DNA of 64,000 bases from Phoronis australis (taxonomy: Eukaryota; Animalia; Phoronida), in NCBI GenBank assembly GCA_002633005.1, contig NMRA01000946.1, positions 1-64,000 of the forward strand, written 5' to 3'. A model generated the notes under the pieces. The model was not told where the DNA came from, ran no database searches, and saw only the letters and a list, made by a program, of their open reading frames with translations. Position 1 is the first letter of the stretch; each line of letters opens with the position of its first letter. Made by a program: the position numbers and the translations under genes. Shown here piece after piece: positions 26,301 to 38,939 of the stretch.

Positions 26301-29300
26301 AAGTTTAAATGAATAAAAAAAGTGACGTTGTACAGGTTCCGAATCCCGACCCTTCAGAGGTGGGGAAAGGCAGAAGAACAGTTTATGACACATGGGTGTT
26401 GCGGCAACCAAAGTTGGACAAAGACGGGAAGAAACTCGACGTGCCTCGGTGAGTGTCTGCACGGAAGAGGGAAATGTCTTGCCAGTTGCGCAAGATTACT
26501 TTCAAGAATACTCAACCCTGTTTTGATGATTTCAACCAATCCTCATTCTGTCACTTGCTAATCCGTCATTGGCGTCAACTTTAAAAGATGAAGGCAGGAA
26601 TAAACTAAACACCTCAAGAAAAGTATGGAAATTTGTGTTCACTCGCCCGTGTTTTTATTATTTTTGGCTTAATTAAATCATATTTCACATCAGTGAAAAG
26701 TCCCATTATTCCCCTTTCTTGACGATATGGCATTCCGTCAATAAATATTTATTGTGTTTAGTAACTTTGCTGCCAAAGAAGGCTTGGTCTCAAAGTGAAT
26801 GTTGCAATTTTAAGGGAGTTATGGTGAGGTCTTGTATTACGAAAATTCAGTGTTTGTAACATCGAATGAGTCCAGTCTCACTACCTAAAACGTAACGTTA
26901 CACCTTAAAAGAATGGTTGTTATGAGCATCGTCGTCTTATGAGATAAACAATTTCAAATTTACCAAAAATCCGTCAGAGGATAACAACGATACAAAGACA
27001 AACTAAAAAACTCAGTCAAACTGCTATTTGGCGGCACAAAGATCCTGCCGCGTACGCAGGGTAGAGATGACGGCAACACGGGACCACGTATATACACATG
27101 TGAGTGCATATGCTGACATTCCCCCAATAGGGGACTTTTCATATTGGCACTCTCTAGGGTAATGAGAGTAGGAAAGTGACGTTCGATTGACCTCGACTCA
27201 GTTTTAGTGGAGAGAAATTCAAGTACGTCATAGTGGTTCATAAATATGAAAGCAGAGAAATAAATTCCATCGTCCCCCCGTTGTTTGATTAGTTAAAGTT
27301 CAGTAATTTATTTTAGTTTCTTGGCATCTGTTGGGATCGAAATTCTTACTCATCAATTGATATTTCAAGAGGCTTGCTTTTTGTAAGGCTTTATTACACC
27401 CCACCGCACAGTAACGGCAATTTTCCGGCTTTGTAATAACAGGAAAGGTGTTAAAACGCTGTCTATACCAGACGTTTGAAACCTCCCGTTCGCATTACAC
27501 GGGATCTGTAGGTGGCGCTGAACGTCTGTCCATCAAGCTCGTGATCACCGTCTGGCATGTTAGTGAATTTCATTAGGGCGCGTCTATACCCATATACTTG
27601 TCAAAATAATGCACTGTCGTTGTGTGTTCAGGGTACAGAAGATAGGGTCTGGTAGTGACTTTCGAGCATTCGTTCAACTCGGAGGTATCCCTTCTTGTGG
27701 TATAAGATACACATTCGATCGGGCAAGTATGGTTTATAATTACAGTTGCAAAGTGGTTCATACCCACGCCTGTTATAATAGTCTTGTTAACACTAATTAC
27801 GTGAACGCCATACTCACGTTGGAGATTCTACATATACGGGATTCTCGAAATCCAACGGAAAGCTTTGATAAGTCTGTGTTTTAGGTACGAGCACGAAAAG
27901 TATTCCAAGTTCTGAACATTTTGTAAAATCCCTAATGCTTAAGGAAGTTGATAAATTTCAGACTATTCATAGAACGTTTGAGGAAATTAATAAATTGCAG
28001 GCGGTCTCTCTAACGACTCATTTCGTATTTACAGAGGCTGAAATTGTCATCCTATCCCCTCTACCATTCGGTTTATGAAACTTTTCATTTAGTTGACCAA
28101 ATTATGGACAAAGATTACAAGGTAAAGTATTCAGTGTAACGAAACACTAGTTTTGATATAACAGTTGCATTTCAGATTGTTACCACCCTCAGGGTACTCA
28201 AGTTTTCTAGAGCTACGTAAGATGACTTAGTTGTTCATTAATGAATTTCATGCAAGTTATAACCAGCGATAGTATCTACGCTCGAGTGTGCTTCAAGCTA
28301 AACAATCTTCTGAGCAACGCCGCTTTTAAGAAAACAAGATATCATCATGTCGGTTTCGCTAAAGCTTCACACACTGCCTAGTGCATACACTGGCACACAC
28401 ACTCACACACGCACACACGTGCACGCGCGCAAGCATGCACACACATAGGCACACGCACACACACACATGCGCAGGCACGCACGCAGGCATCCACTCGGAC
28501 CCATATGAAGACCATTACATAGAAACTTCATAGTCGTCTCCCACTGACTGTGTAAAACGAGCGTTTTTGGTCTTTTTAGAGTGAACCCCACAAAAACCCA
28601 AGCCTCACTTTTTCATTGCAATATCTTGCCAATAGAATATTTTTAGAACGAAGGGCTTCAGGACAGTACCTATTTCAAGTCGTCGGCTTTCTATACAGTG
28701 GTTTTCATACCGGCCCGTTTTAAAAGTCCTATTCCAATTGACCCATTAAGAAAAACGGACCGGCATGAAGACCATTATACTGTATAGTGACCAGGACTAT
28801 CATTCCTATATTATGGTCTTCCAGAAAGATGATATGACCTTGAAATTCAGCAAATATTTATCGCCAGTTATTTTAAATGCATTTAAAAAACCTTAAACAA
28901 AAGATTAACAATCGCCGATGTTGTCATGTGATGAGTTTGTTATCTTTAATCGTATTTGACTGTCTTTTACATTTTTAGTACTTGACAGCGGTAACTCGGG
29001 TTTGGGGCGAAATAGCTCGATCATTAGCGGACGAACTGTTATTACCTTTCGATGTAAAACACTACAGTGAGGCCCTTCAAGATTTCACCGACAATTTCCT
29101 GGACAGTTACGAGGATAAAATGAAACAAAATGGACTGCAACGTGGATTAGGTAAGAGTGAAAAAACACAAAAGTACTTAACAACGTCCCATGGGTGAAAA
29201 CTTGACATGCTCGTAAACCACTAACATAAATTTTCAGAAATGGACCACTGAGTTTCCATAGAGTTGGGAAAATTAATCCAAACAATTCCCTTTCAAAAAC

Positions 29301-31048
29301 GATGCGTTTGGATCATCATTTTCATTAGGTTCTTCAACTTTTCTGCCATGGTTACATCTTGTAAAGTGCGCATGCGTCATCTTACTCCATTATTTAAACA
29401 CCTTGAAAGCAAGCAGTGGAAATTGCTGAACATGCAGGGTTTATAATTTGCATAAAACTATTTGTCACATGGGGACATTTTGTTGAACACCGACGTATGC
29501 ACAATTCATGTACATGTATTTATAAAAATACCGAATTTTAATGATTATTCCTAGATATTTCCATTGAAACTTTGTTTTGATTTATACTTCATAGATTTCT
29601 TGCGAGAAGCTGTCGCTGATTTTGGCAAGGCCTGTCAAGATTTTTCGGACAGATTGAACGCGGTGAACAAAAAGGAGTAAGTTAAGTCGTTGCTCAGTTT
29701 AACTACAACTACAAAAATTGCCTTATCCAAAACAGAAGGTAACTGCTCTCCCTTTGTCCAGTTGAACTACTCCAACACTTATTGACCTTTAGGAGATGTC
29801 ACTAGCAACACGACTTGTCATTATTAATATTTGTGCATAAAAATTGCTGACTCACACAAGATTGACAGTTTTAAGCCCATTAAATCTCAGAAAGAGTATT
29901 CCTAAAATCAAGTTCAAGCTTCAGTCCAAGGAAGAGTCTTTCGAGAATAACGTTGTACGAGTTTGAAAACAGTGTGTCTTGTTTTTTCAGCCCAATGGCA
30001 GTTCGAATGATGAATGACCAGATGATGCAACTGGAGCGAGCCTTTATCGACCCCAATGGTTTACCTGGCCAGAAAGGTAACAGGTAATAGACCGCCATTT
30101 AGAAACAATTAGCAGTACTTTTTACGCCTATCTTCGTTGTCTCTGTATGCTCCTTATAAAGATCGACTGCTACAGCTGTTCGATTTCCTTTTCGTTGCAT
30201 ATATATGCGGCAACTTTCGGCTTCTATTATGAATAATTGACACCGAACAAGCTCTCGTCCCTCATGACTGCTGAAGAACTTCAGACCACATTATATGCTA
30301 GGATGAACGCTACGAACGATAACGTTGGACCTTAGTAAAACTCCCAAAATCGATTGTCCGAAACACTGCTAGGAATTGTTTTCAAAATCTTACACTTTTA
30401 CACAATGGATTATGAAAATATAATTTTTTATTTAAAAAATCAAAAGTTGTATATAACGAAAAAGAAATGACGATTTGGGAAACTGTAACATTTATATCAA
30501 GTCGGCCGCCATCTATCGAAGTCGCCAGAGACCCGGATGTGCTTATTCACTTTCAACAAAAATTCACAACAGCAAATAGTATTGTTTGAAAGAGGAATAA
30601 ACAACACTTATGATGGCATACCACAATGTTCAGTGAAGTGACAAGTAACCATAATTTTGATAACTGAACGTGGATTTCCGAACTATTTTGAGAGGTTAAA
30701 GTACTGTGCGGTGGGGCCAAGTTTTGAAAATTCGCCTCAGTATATAAATTTGCTATTCAGGCTTTAACCGTTTCATTCGGATCTACCTTCACTTCTCGTT
30801 TCTCTTACAGACACGTTCTTATGGCCCCAAGTTCGCACAATAGCTATTCCGGATCGGGATTTCCTGGGCTGAAAGATCTTATGTATAAGATAGGAACTTC
30901 AGGCAACGCCACAGCTCAGTGGGAGAAAGTCAAGCGCTACCTCTCGGTCGTTATATATACTATCGACTCAGCGGCTTCCACTTTGCAGGACGTCTCAAAT
31001 ATACATAAACACACATCGGGTGCTCCAAAGAACGTACCGCTTTCTTAA
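17389..31048 (+). CDS. NAALAD2: Glutamate carboxypeptidase II / NAALADase-like type II membrane zinc peptidase (M28B), copy 1, 18 exons, 820 aa; symbol is family-level (FOLH1/NAALAD2-like), orthology not resolved
   Basis: Exons: 17389-17765, 18059-18350, 18561-18686, 19798-19981, 20408-20504, 21876-21965, 23617-23702, 24186-24305, 24799-24881, 25109-25172, 25526-25593, 26336-26448, 27632-27722, 28035-28121, 28979-29150, 29595-29676, 29991-30083, 30811-31048; sum 2463 nt, open frame. Has a TM helix ([22 protein letters not shown]), PHLAGT, PA domain ([23 protein letters not shown]), metal-site motifs [32 protein letters not shown], and a TfR-type dimerisation domain ([17 protein letters not shown]). 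Confidence 0.95.
21295..21352. repeat. (TATG)n/(CATG)n microsatellite
   Basis: Directly visible. Confidence 0.9.
26144..26321 (+). mobile_element. Probable LINE/SINE 3' tail inserted just upstream of copy-1 exon 12
   Basis: T-rich tract, then stem-loop ctggg..ccactt..tcagtg/cactga.agtgg..cccag, AATAAA and oligo-A. Absent at the homologous position of copy 2 (~63306-63345). Confidence 0.55.
28383..28488. repeat. Imperfect (CA)/(CG) purine-pyrimidine microsatellite
   Basis: Directly visible. Confidence 0.85.
28691..28787. mobile_element. Short fold-back (MITE-like) element
   Basis: ctatacagtggttttcataccggcccgtttt pairs with aaaacggaccggcatgaagaccattatactgtatag. Confidence 0.65.
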
Positions 31049-31134
31049 TTTTCAATATATCCACTGTTAATTGACCAATAGAAGGAATTTGTTTAAAACT
31101 TGTAACAGTGACACATGTTCAGCACAGTTGTTTT

Positions 31135-31140
31135 AATAAA
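31135..31140 (+). terminator. Candidate polyadenylation signal of copy 1
   Basis: AATAAA ~90 nt after the stop; a second one at 31348-31353. Confidence 0.5.
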
Positions 31141-32934
31141 TGTTAGATGTACATTATAAATCACTTAGTACTTTTCAGGCACACATGTCCATGAGTACAA
31201 ACATGCTTTGCACTTTGGAAAGTAAAGTCGGAATTGGAGGGCTGGTTGATTTAGTTATATTTACTTCAGACAAAAAGCGCGCCAAACCTAATCTATCATA
31301 TTAGTTTGTTTTCATCAGGAAACTAGTGTGAGGTTATTATAAATACAAATAAATCGTCATTTTATCTCATTTAACTTAAGTGATAGTTGTAAGAACAAGC
31401 ACACCATCCCATTCATTCCAAAAAAAATTTTATGACAACAAAGTCGACATACGTTAGCTTTCTCAGTAGAGTCAATAGAAGGTGAGTCAATATGGAAGAG
31501 ATGATGTATTTTATTGTAAAATGATGAAAAGTTACAATTTTAATCTGTAATGTATCAAGATGATGAAACTTTGGTATCCAATTGGATCATACTACAGCTG
31601 TTAGTAAACTGAAATGATTTTGAAAATCATTTTACCACCAGATAATGGAGGTTGAGTTTATAGCTGCGTTTTGTCCTGTTCAGTTCGCTAAAATGAAAAA
31701 TCAAACACTAGGACCTATCAGTCCTAGTTCGATTTTCAATTTTAAGCAATGGAAAAGTGCAAAATCCAGCATGAAGCAACACTTTAGTTGATCTAATTTC
31801 TTTGTTCCACATTTCTTAATGTTGGTTTGATAGTTGTTGACGTTATTTTTTCTGTTCCTATGTCAAAGGGATTTTCCCGGAGTACGTTGAGCACTTGTCC
31901 AAGGCCAGCTAAAAGATGATCACATCTTTTGACTTGACTGCCTCCTATGTCACAAGATTCTACTTGAATGCAAAACATAACAAGGGAGTTGGGGAAGAAA
32001 CATGGTCAATATCTTGTACAAAATCCAGTTTTGCCTTGGTGAAACAACGAGAAGACTCTTTTATAATAATATGTACAGTTCCAGAATCTGTGTGAAGACT
32101 TAGGTGAAAGCTATGCATTGGATGACACAGCCAAGAGCTTGAGCCTAGAAATCCTTTCAGACACTTTTGTAACTGTACATTTTGCAATTGTTGTTGTCGA
32201 TACATTTATGTCACTGATCAATGCCTTTTTGTGTGTGCTCAATAGAAGAGGCTTTGTCGTTTATGATCTTACCTACCAGTAGGTGTTCAGGTTTCGATCC
32301 TGAACCACTTTGGCATCAACTACATGTACTTTTCATGACTAAATTTTAGTCATGTTCAGGTCGTAAGAGAAGGTTCACCCTACCAGACCTACAGCTGGTC
32401 ATTTTCAAACCCCTGACTTGAGCTCCTGTATCCAAAATATTACTTTATATGTGAGAAATTAGGCTCATGTCCCCATATGTAAAGCTCCGCCTACATCTGG
32501 AATTAACCACATGCGCAGTTTTGCAAAGAAAGAATAGGCAACGGATAGTCACCTGAAACTGAAGTACTGTCATATTCAATTAAACACAACACAGTTCAGT
32601 GATTGTTTCGTTGATTAAACACATTCTTTAGGCTATAGGGCCGTGAACATAAAACGCTCTTATAGGTTACTGATGTAATGAAACAAACCGATATTCCTTA
32701 TTTCGTTTCAATAAGAAATTACAGGAATTTATTTATTAAAAACTGAGTTGTTCTAGTTAGGGTTAATTTTATGCTGTTCCTGAATTAGGAGTCTCTTGTT
32801 CCAGAGTTTACAACACGATTTACAAAAAATGTTTACAAAAATAATTGCTACTTGAGGACAATTTCAACAGCACTTGCCGAAAATGTGTCCACAATTAAAT
32901 CAGATAAGAGCACTTTGACATCCCACGCAGTGCT

Positions 32935-33025
32935 ACTAATAATAATAATAAATATAATAATAGTAACAGTAACAGAAACAATAATAGTAATGATAATGAT
33001 AATGGTGATAATAATAATGATGATG

Positions 33026-33062
<37 letters not shown>

Positions 33063-33197
33063 TAACAATACAAACTTTATTTATAGAGTATAAAATATAA
33101 TAGATTTATAGCTTTAGTCAAAGGCTAATATTCAGCATGGTCCTCTCCCACCAATAAATTAAATTAAATTAAATTAAATTAAATTAAATTAAATAAA
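32935..33197 (-). repeat. (AAT)n and (AAATT)n microsatellites flanking a probable reverse-oriented L2/CR1-type 3' tail
   Basis: (AAT)n at 32935-33070 and (AAATT)n at ~33156-33195. Between them the minus strand reads ggaccatgctgaa..tagcctttgactaaagcta...aataaa, a LINE-tail-like layout. Confidence 0.6.
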
Positions 33198-36100
33198 TAT
33201 TTTACAATTTAAATTTACAAATTGAATTTAAATAAATCAAAGCTTTTATATGGTACATACAATGAAATGACTGAAAACGAAGGGAGGGACAGCTATGGTG
33301 ACCACAGCCACAGGTAACTGATGAGTTTGTGTCTGACGTCATGACCATCAGCCTCCTTTTAAACGTTATCTGTTTCAGATTCCGTGGGATGACTCGCTTT
33401 TAATTCTGTTAACCAGACCATGGAGAACAAATCGTGTACTGACGAAGCAGGTTACGTCTGTGAACTTGTTTGAAGTAAAAATAAAGGCGCGAGTTCATTA
33501 GTGGTGGATCTCTAAGTAACATAGAGGACAGTCAAGCTGAACTTTTTTCTCAACTACAACGTAATCAGTGAAGAAAATTAAAGATATATTGAATTCAATT
33601 GTACATTATTTTAATAGTTGTTGGAACGATTGATCCTATTTGATTTTACATTGTATTCAGCAATAGAGTCTTTTGGAAGATAGGCCTAGGATTAATATCA
33701 CTGAACTAACATGTGTAACATTCAATTCACTCTTTCCGTTAGTTCAACAGGTATATTTTGTTGCAATACAGTTGAGTTCAAGTGCTTTGTTGATATCACT
33801 CTCAAACTAGTTTTGTGAACATTTGCTGCTGAATTCGTCCAGTGATCTAGTAAAACTTGCTTTATTTTTCAGTATTACTGAATAACTGGATAGTGCATTT
33901 CGCTAGGTGAACAGCCGTTTTTCCCCACAGCCGTTGAATTACTCAAACTTAGGGAGTATAGGCTGTAAACAGTTTTAAAGAACTTTTAGCAGTTTTAAAG
34001 AACTTTTAAAGTTATTTTAAAACTCTCAATGACGCTTTAAAACGCGTCATTAGGACTACTTTACATCCACAAAATCAACAAGTGGCTTCTACTACTTGCC
34101 GTTATGAAATTGATCTTAAAATCTCCCTTAACCAAACTGGATTTGACTTAGAGAGCTTCGAAAGAACACTGTCAGTTTGTTCTTGTTTGAGACTGGACGG
34201 CAAACTGGCTTGTCGCGGAATGTCATTTATAATATGGACCGACAACGAACAGTCAGTTCTTCGCAAACCTGGACCCACTCCTTATCTGAGTAAGAAGCAA
34301 TTTGATAACAATATTACGACAACTAGAGGCTTAAATCAAAAGGTCGCCTCGGTCGACAAAGCCCGGGCTCATACCAAACTCGCTTTAAATAGGAAAACGA
34401 GACATTGCACTAGTGTAGAGGTGTTTTATTGACAACTTCATCAAACATTTTAATCAATTAAAACTGATTTGCTTTGAATGCAAGCAAACGTTCAGATGCC
34501 GAAATGTATGTTGTACACACTGGTAAAACAAGCTGAACAGACAAATATTAAAGCAAGTGGTACGGTTGAGAAATGATCTGAAAGTATAATACGCCCAGAT
34601 TTCTCCACGTAGACCAAGGTTTTGAGTTTTGCCAAATAGGCGATCAAGATTCAAATTAAACCATATGTTTGTATGTTATACCGAAACGAATCATTTTCTT
34701 TGTTCGGGTTCAAAAATTTACGAAACCTTGTGCCCTTGCATTCTTTTAAAAATACCTGCACGTCAAAAATTTACGGGCAACCTGATTAAATTTTTCACGA
34801 TTGTGATCTGCGGATGCGGATCAAAGAACATGTAATTGGAATTTAAGTCATCTTAATCGCCAAAATCGGGTCTACCAATTTAAAAAGTCGGTAACACGTT
34901 AAATGTGTTTGTAAGCTACTGAATTGCGCAACTGATAAAAAAAAATTGCCGTCAGCGGAAAGATTCACTTGTGGCTATTCTCACGTGTTTACATATTTCA
35001 GTGTTAGCCTAATTAACACCATATGCTGTTGAAGGAAACAATGTTGAGAAAACGTTATGAAAAAATGATTGACTTTCACTTCGTAAATTAAGGTGATGGA
35101 TGATCATAAAAAGTGTCCAAATTTGACTTGTATGAAACATCGCATCTGAGAAATGGCAAATGAGATTGAAATGAGACTTTCAGATACTTGCACTATTCTC
35201 CAAAACCATGACGCATCAGTTATTAAGTGAATCACTTTTGCAAGAGGGGTTACAGCAAAAGTTGTTTAAAACGAAAAGGAAACAATAATTTAGAAAAGAA
35301 AAATTATAGTTCTTAAAATGGATTTTCATATGAAATGAAATCTAGTCATGCAATTGATGCCGCTGAAAAAGTTTTATAGCATCGTGAGTCATTCAATGGC
35401 AGATTTGTCTAAAGTCAAAGTATAAAATTCTACTGCCTTTCTGTATACAGAAAATATATTAGTTCTGCAGGTTTTTGTCTATATTTGGCTGAAGGTGAAA
35501 ACTTGTCGTTGAGGTCCTACATGAACGTGTGCAGTTGTCATTGTCAATTGGTTAACTAAAGCTCTTTGGCATTTTAACATTATCACGCTCATCCGAATTT
35601 TTGCCGAATGATCAGTCAACTCAAGTCAGAAGCGATGCGCACATGCGCTTTTAGAGAATTTAGAACGTTTGTCTATTTTCTGCGTGAACGTGATGAATGT
35701 ACTGCGCCTCAGTCTACAGCCTGTACGAATCCACGTTGGGTTTGATAGGGCCACTAAATATTCAATCTTGTCTGGTTCTTTTTCGTATGAGAAATGGTTT
35801 CTATACTTGGAAAGAACTGCCACCTTGTTATTACGTAAGACCTTGACCGGCGAGTAAAATGACAAGCCAGCTTGTAGAGCCCAAGGGAATTTATAAGTGG
35901 TCTAAATCATAAGTATTTTTTGTTACGCAAGGAAGACTTAGTCCAAGCAACTTCAATTTAAATTTCTCCCCTCTGAATGTTGATGCAGTCTGTAGTAGCC
36001 ACCCATAGTGTCCTCATAAGGGACCTAGAAATTCTTGGCAGTATAAGGTTTTTTTGATTTTTGAGGTGGCCCCCCTGAAACATTTTAAATAGGTTTTAAT

Positions 36101-36759
36101 ATGACAACTTTGAGCATGTTTTAAATATGCAAATTAAGACTGCCATTATGGAAAGTTGTGTTTTTGTTTATAATTAATTTGCGCCACTAAAAAGACTTAA
36201 TTTACGCACGTAATCTTCGTGCAAAACTTTCACCATATGACCAACGTGGGCTATTGTTCGGATCAGGTGTTGGCTGATGGAACTACTTTACACGGCACAA
36301 TTTCATTTGTAGCAAAGATAGTATTTCAAAAGAAGCTCACAGTAGTGGATTTCCCAAAAAAATTATCGGAATGGTTGTACAATTACACACATACTAGATG
36401 AGGTTGATATTTTTGTTCAATTTTGGTCATTATGAGGCACAACTTATGCTTCAAATTAATAAAACGTATCTGAGGCAAAGTAGTCTATACATGTAATAAT
36501 CGTGTTCATTAAACATTAAAATCCTGTAAACAAATCAATTACTTTCACTACGAACGACTAGAAATAAAGATGCAGACACGTGTTATTTGAAGTAAAATAA
36601 GTCAAGAGCATGCGGTTGCGTATCTACATTTTACATAGACATGGTTTATACAAATATAAATGGTTTGTGATCAAAGTATAATACTGGGTTCCATTTAAGT
36701 GATGATATCCCTTTCGGAGCCCAAGAACCGTACATTGATGTGGTAAGTGTACAGCCGCT

Positions 36760-38400
36760 GTTGTTAATAACAAAATAGAATATCAACAGAAAGTTCACAC
36801 ACTGCTGGATTATCGCAATCTAAGAGAGTGGCAATGTACAGATCCTGTACCCAAACATCTGTATGACCAGTTGTACCCTACGTCCTGTGAAGTGCTTAAT
36901 TAAGCTACATGGTCTAGCTAAGCTTCACATAAGGTGCTCTCGTAAGACCTATAGTCTCGTGTATTGGCAGTATTACTTGCAACGAGGCTAGAGTTTTGAA
37001 TAACATTCTTGCACCATTGGTGGGTTTGTCTCCTCATCACATCCGCAACAGTGAAGACTTCATCGACAGAATCTGTGACGTAAGATGTTATCCTACGATG
37101 TATCCGCTCTCGCTCTGTTCACTGGTGTTCCCATGGATAAAGCCATCGCGGTTACCAAGTCTCGATTAGAGAACGACGATGATCTCAGTAATCGCACCCA
37201 TCCATCGGTTGATCCTGTCATACAACTCTTGGAGTTTTGTTTGAATACTACTTATTTTGTCTATGGCGGTCAGTTCTACCATCAGATCTGAGAAGCGCCC
37301 ATGGTGTCTCCCATCTCACACATCGTCGCCAACATCTTTTTGGAAGATTTCGAGGTTCGTGCTATTGCGACAGCGCCAACTCCTCCATAACAGTGGAGTC
37401 ACTACATTGACGACACATCTATAGTCATCCACGAAACTGCTATTGATGAATTTATCGAAAACCTCAACAGTCTAGATCCATCCACCCGATTTACCCGGGA
37501 ACTCGAACAAGATGATACTCTCCCCTTCCTCGATACTCTCATTGGACTACACGATGATGCTTCCATCTCCACTTCCGTTTACCGCAAGCTCAGGCACACT
37601 GATCAGTATTTCAGATTCGCATCGAAGCACCAGCTGTCTCACAAATGATCAGTAGTGCAGACTCTACTCAACAGAGCCGAGAAACTTATTTCTCATGACA
37701 ACGAACGGGAAGCTGAGGTTCTTCAAGTGAAAAGAGCATTGCGTGCCAACGGATATCGTGACTGGATGTTCGATGAACGTAACGCGGAACTACCACGGCA
37801 GAGTGACCCCCTGATCCTCCGATCATTAACTTCCCTGTGTGCATTCCCTATGTTAGAGGCGTCTCCAAAAGGATTCAGACTATCTACCGTAAACACAACG
37901 TCAAGTGATTTCACAAACCGTTCAACACTATTCGGTCCATCTTCTCGTCAGTGTCACCCCCCTCGAGAGGTGTGATGTGATCTACAAATACAAGTGAAGT
38001 GAGTGCACTGACAACTATATTGGTGAGACGGGTCGCCAGTTATCGACCAAGGTTAAGGATCATCGTAACCCCAACCTTAGTCGTATCACTGCTGTCAAAG
38101 AGGCATGCCAGAGATCTCTCGCGAGATTTCTGATGAGGTCTTCAATATGTTTTAATAGACTTAAAAGAAGTGGAAGCGCAGGGTACGAGAAGCAAGTCCA
38201 CATACCTAGTCTTAACAGAGATCCTGGACTTGATCTACACGCAGTGTATTCAGATCTATTACAGGATCCCCCCCACATTAGGGCATCAGGGGTACTGTTT
38301 TCATCGGTTTATTCTACAACGGCAGAGGGCAAACACGGTGGTGAATCAAGTCCGTGAGATATGGACGAAACAGCAGTACACTAACCACATCAAGACACGA
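36760..38400 (+). mobile_element. Decayed Penelope-like retroelement (RT + GIY-YIG endonuclease)
   Basis: Across frameshifts and stops: RPIVSCIGS, LSYDVSAL..FTGVP, FCLNTTYFVYGGQFYHQ, PMVSPISHIVANIFLE, YIDDT, LPFLD, SVYRK..HTDQY, PYVRGVS, NYIGETGRQL, LNRDPGL. Confidence 0.9.
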
Positions 38401-38866
38401 TTCTTTTGGTTCCAAAAGGGATCTTAACTCAGTATTTTTATAAATGTTTTGAACATATATTGCACCTTGGTTTTGTTTGATATTGACAAAAGGTGAATCC
38501 AGTGCACTGTTTACACTGTTTTGGCGTCGGACTTGTTGCGGTCGGTAATTACTCAAAATTTCTCCACACGTTTTTTCCCACGTCACGGAAGCTAAAACGT
38601 CGATCAAGAATCAACAGAAGCTTACAATTGATTTTTGCTTAAATTTGCCTACTGAACTTGTAGCCATGTGACGGCATGCAGGCGACGATTCTGCATGTAG
38701 CCACTTGGGTCAAGCGGACACTGAACAGCTGTGCCTGTCACTGGCACCCGTACATGTACTCATTCCAGTACATCGCCATTGACGCCATTCTAACCACTTT
38801 CAGCCTTTCTCAAAATGTATGCACGACCCACATTCCTATCCCAGAACGAGGCTAGTACTGTTCAGT

Positions 38867-38890
38867 CAAAGACGCTCTCTACGGTCTCTG
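38867..38890. mobile_element. 24-bp quasi-palindromic micro-insertion with 7-bp direct repeats
   Basis: gttcagt|caaagacgctctctacggtctctg|gttcagt. Confidence 0.65.
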
Positions 38891-38939
38891 GTTCAGTCTA
38901 CATGAAGTTGTCTGTTCTCAGAGAATCTCTGTTTAAACA

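Noticed and set aside
31790-32470. Possible decayed Gypsy integrase C-terminus on the minus strand
   Set aside because: Only faint motifs needing several frameshifts; a tBLASTx/HMM search is required.
32852-33100. Hydrophobic Ile/Met-rich 82-aa ORF
   Set aside because: Translation of the (AAT)n microsatellite.
33260-33521. Possible solo LTR (AATAAA near a ...AACA end)
   Set aside because: No definable 5' end or TSD.
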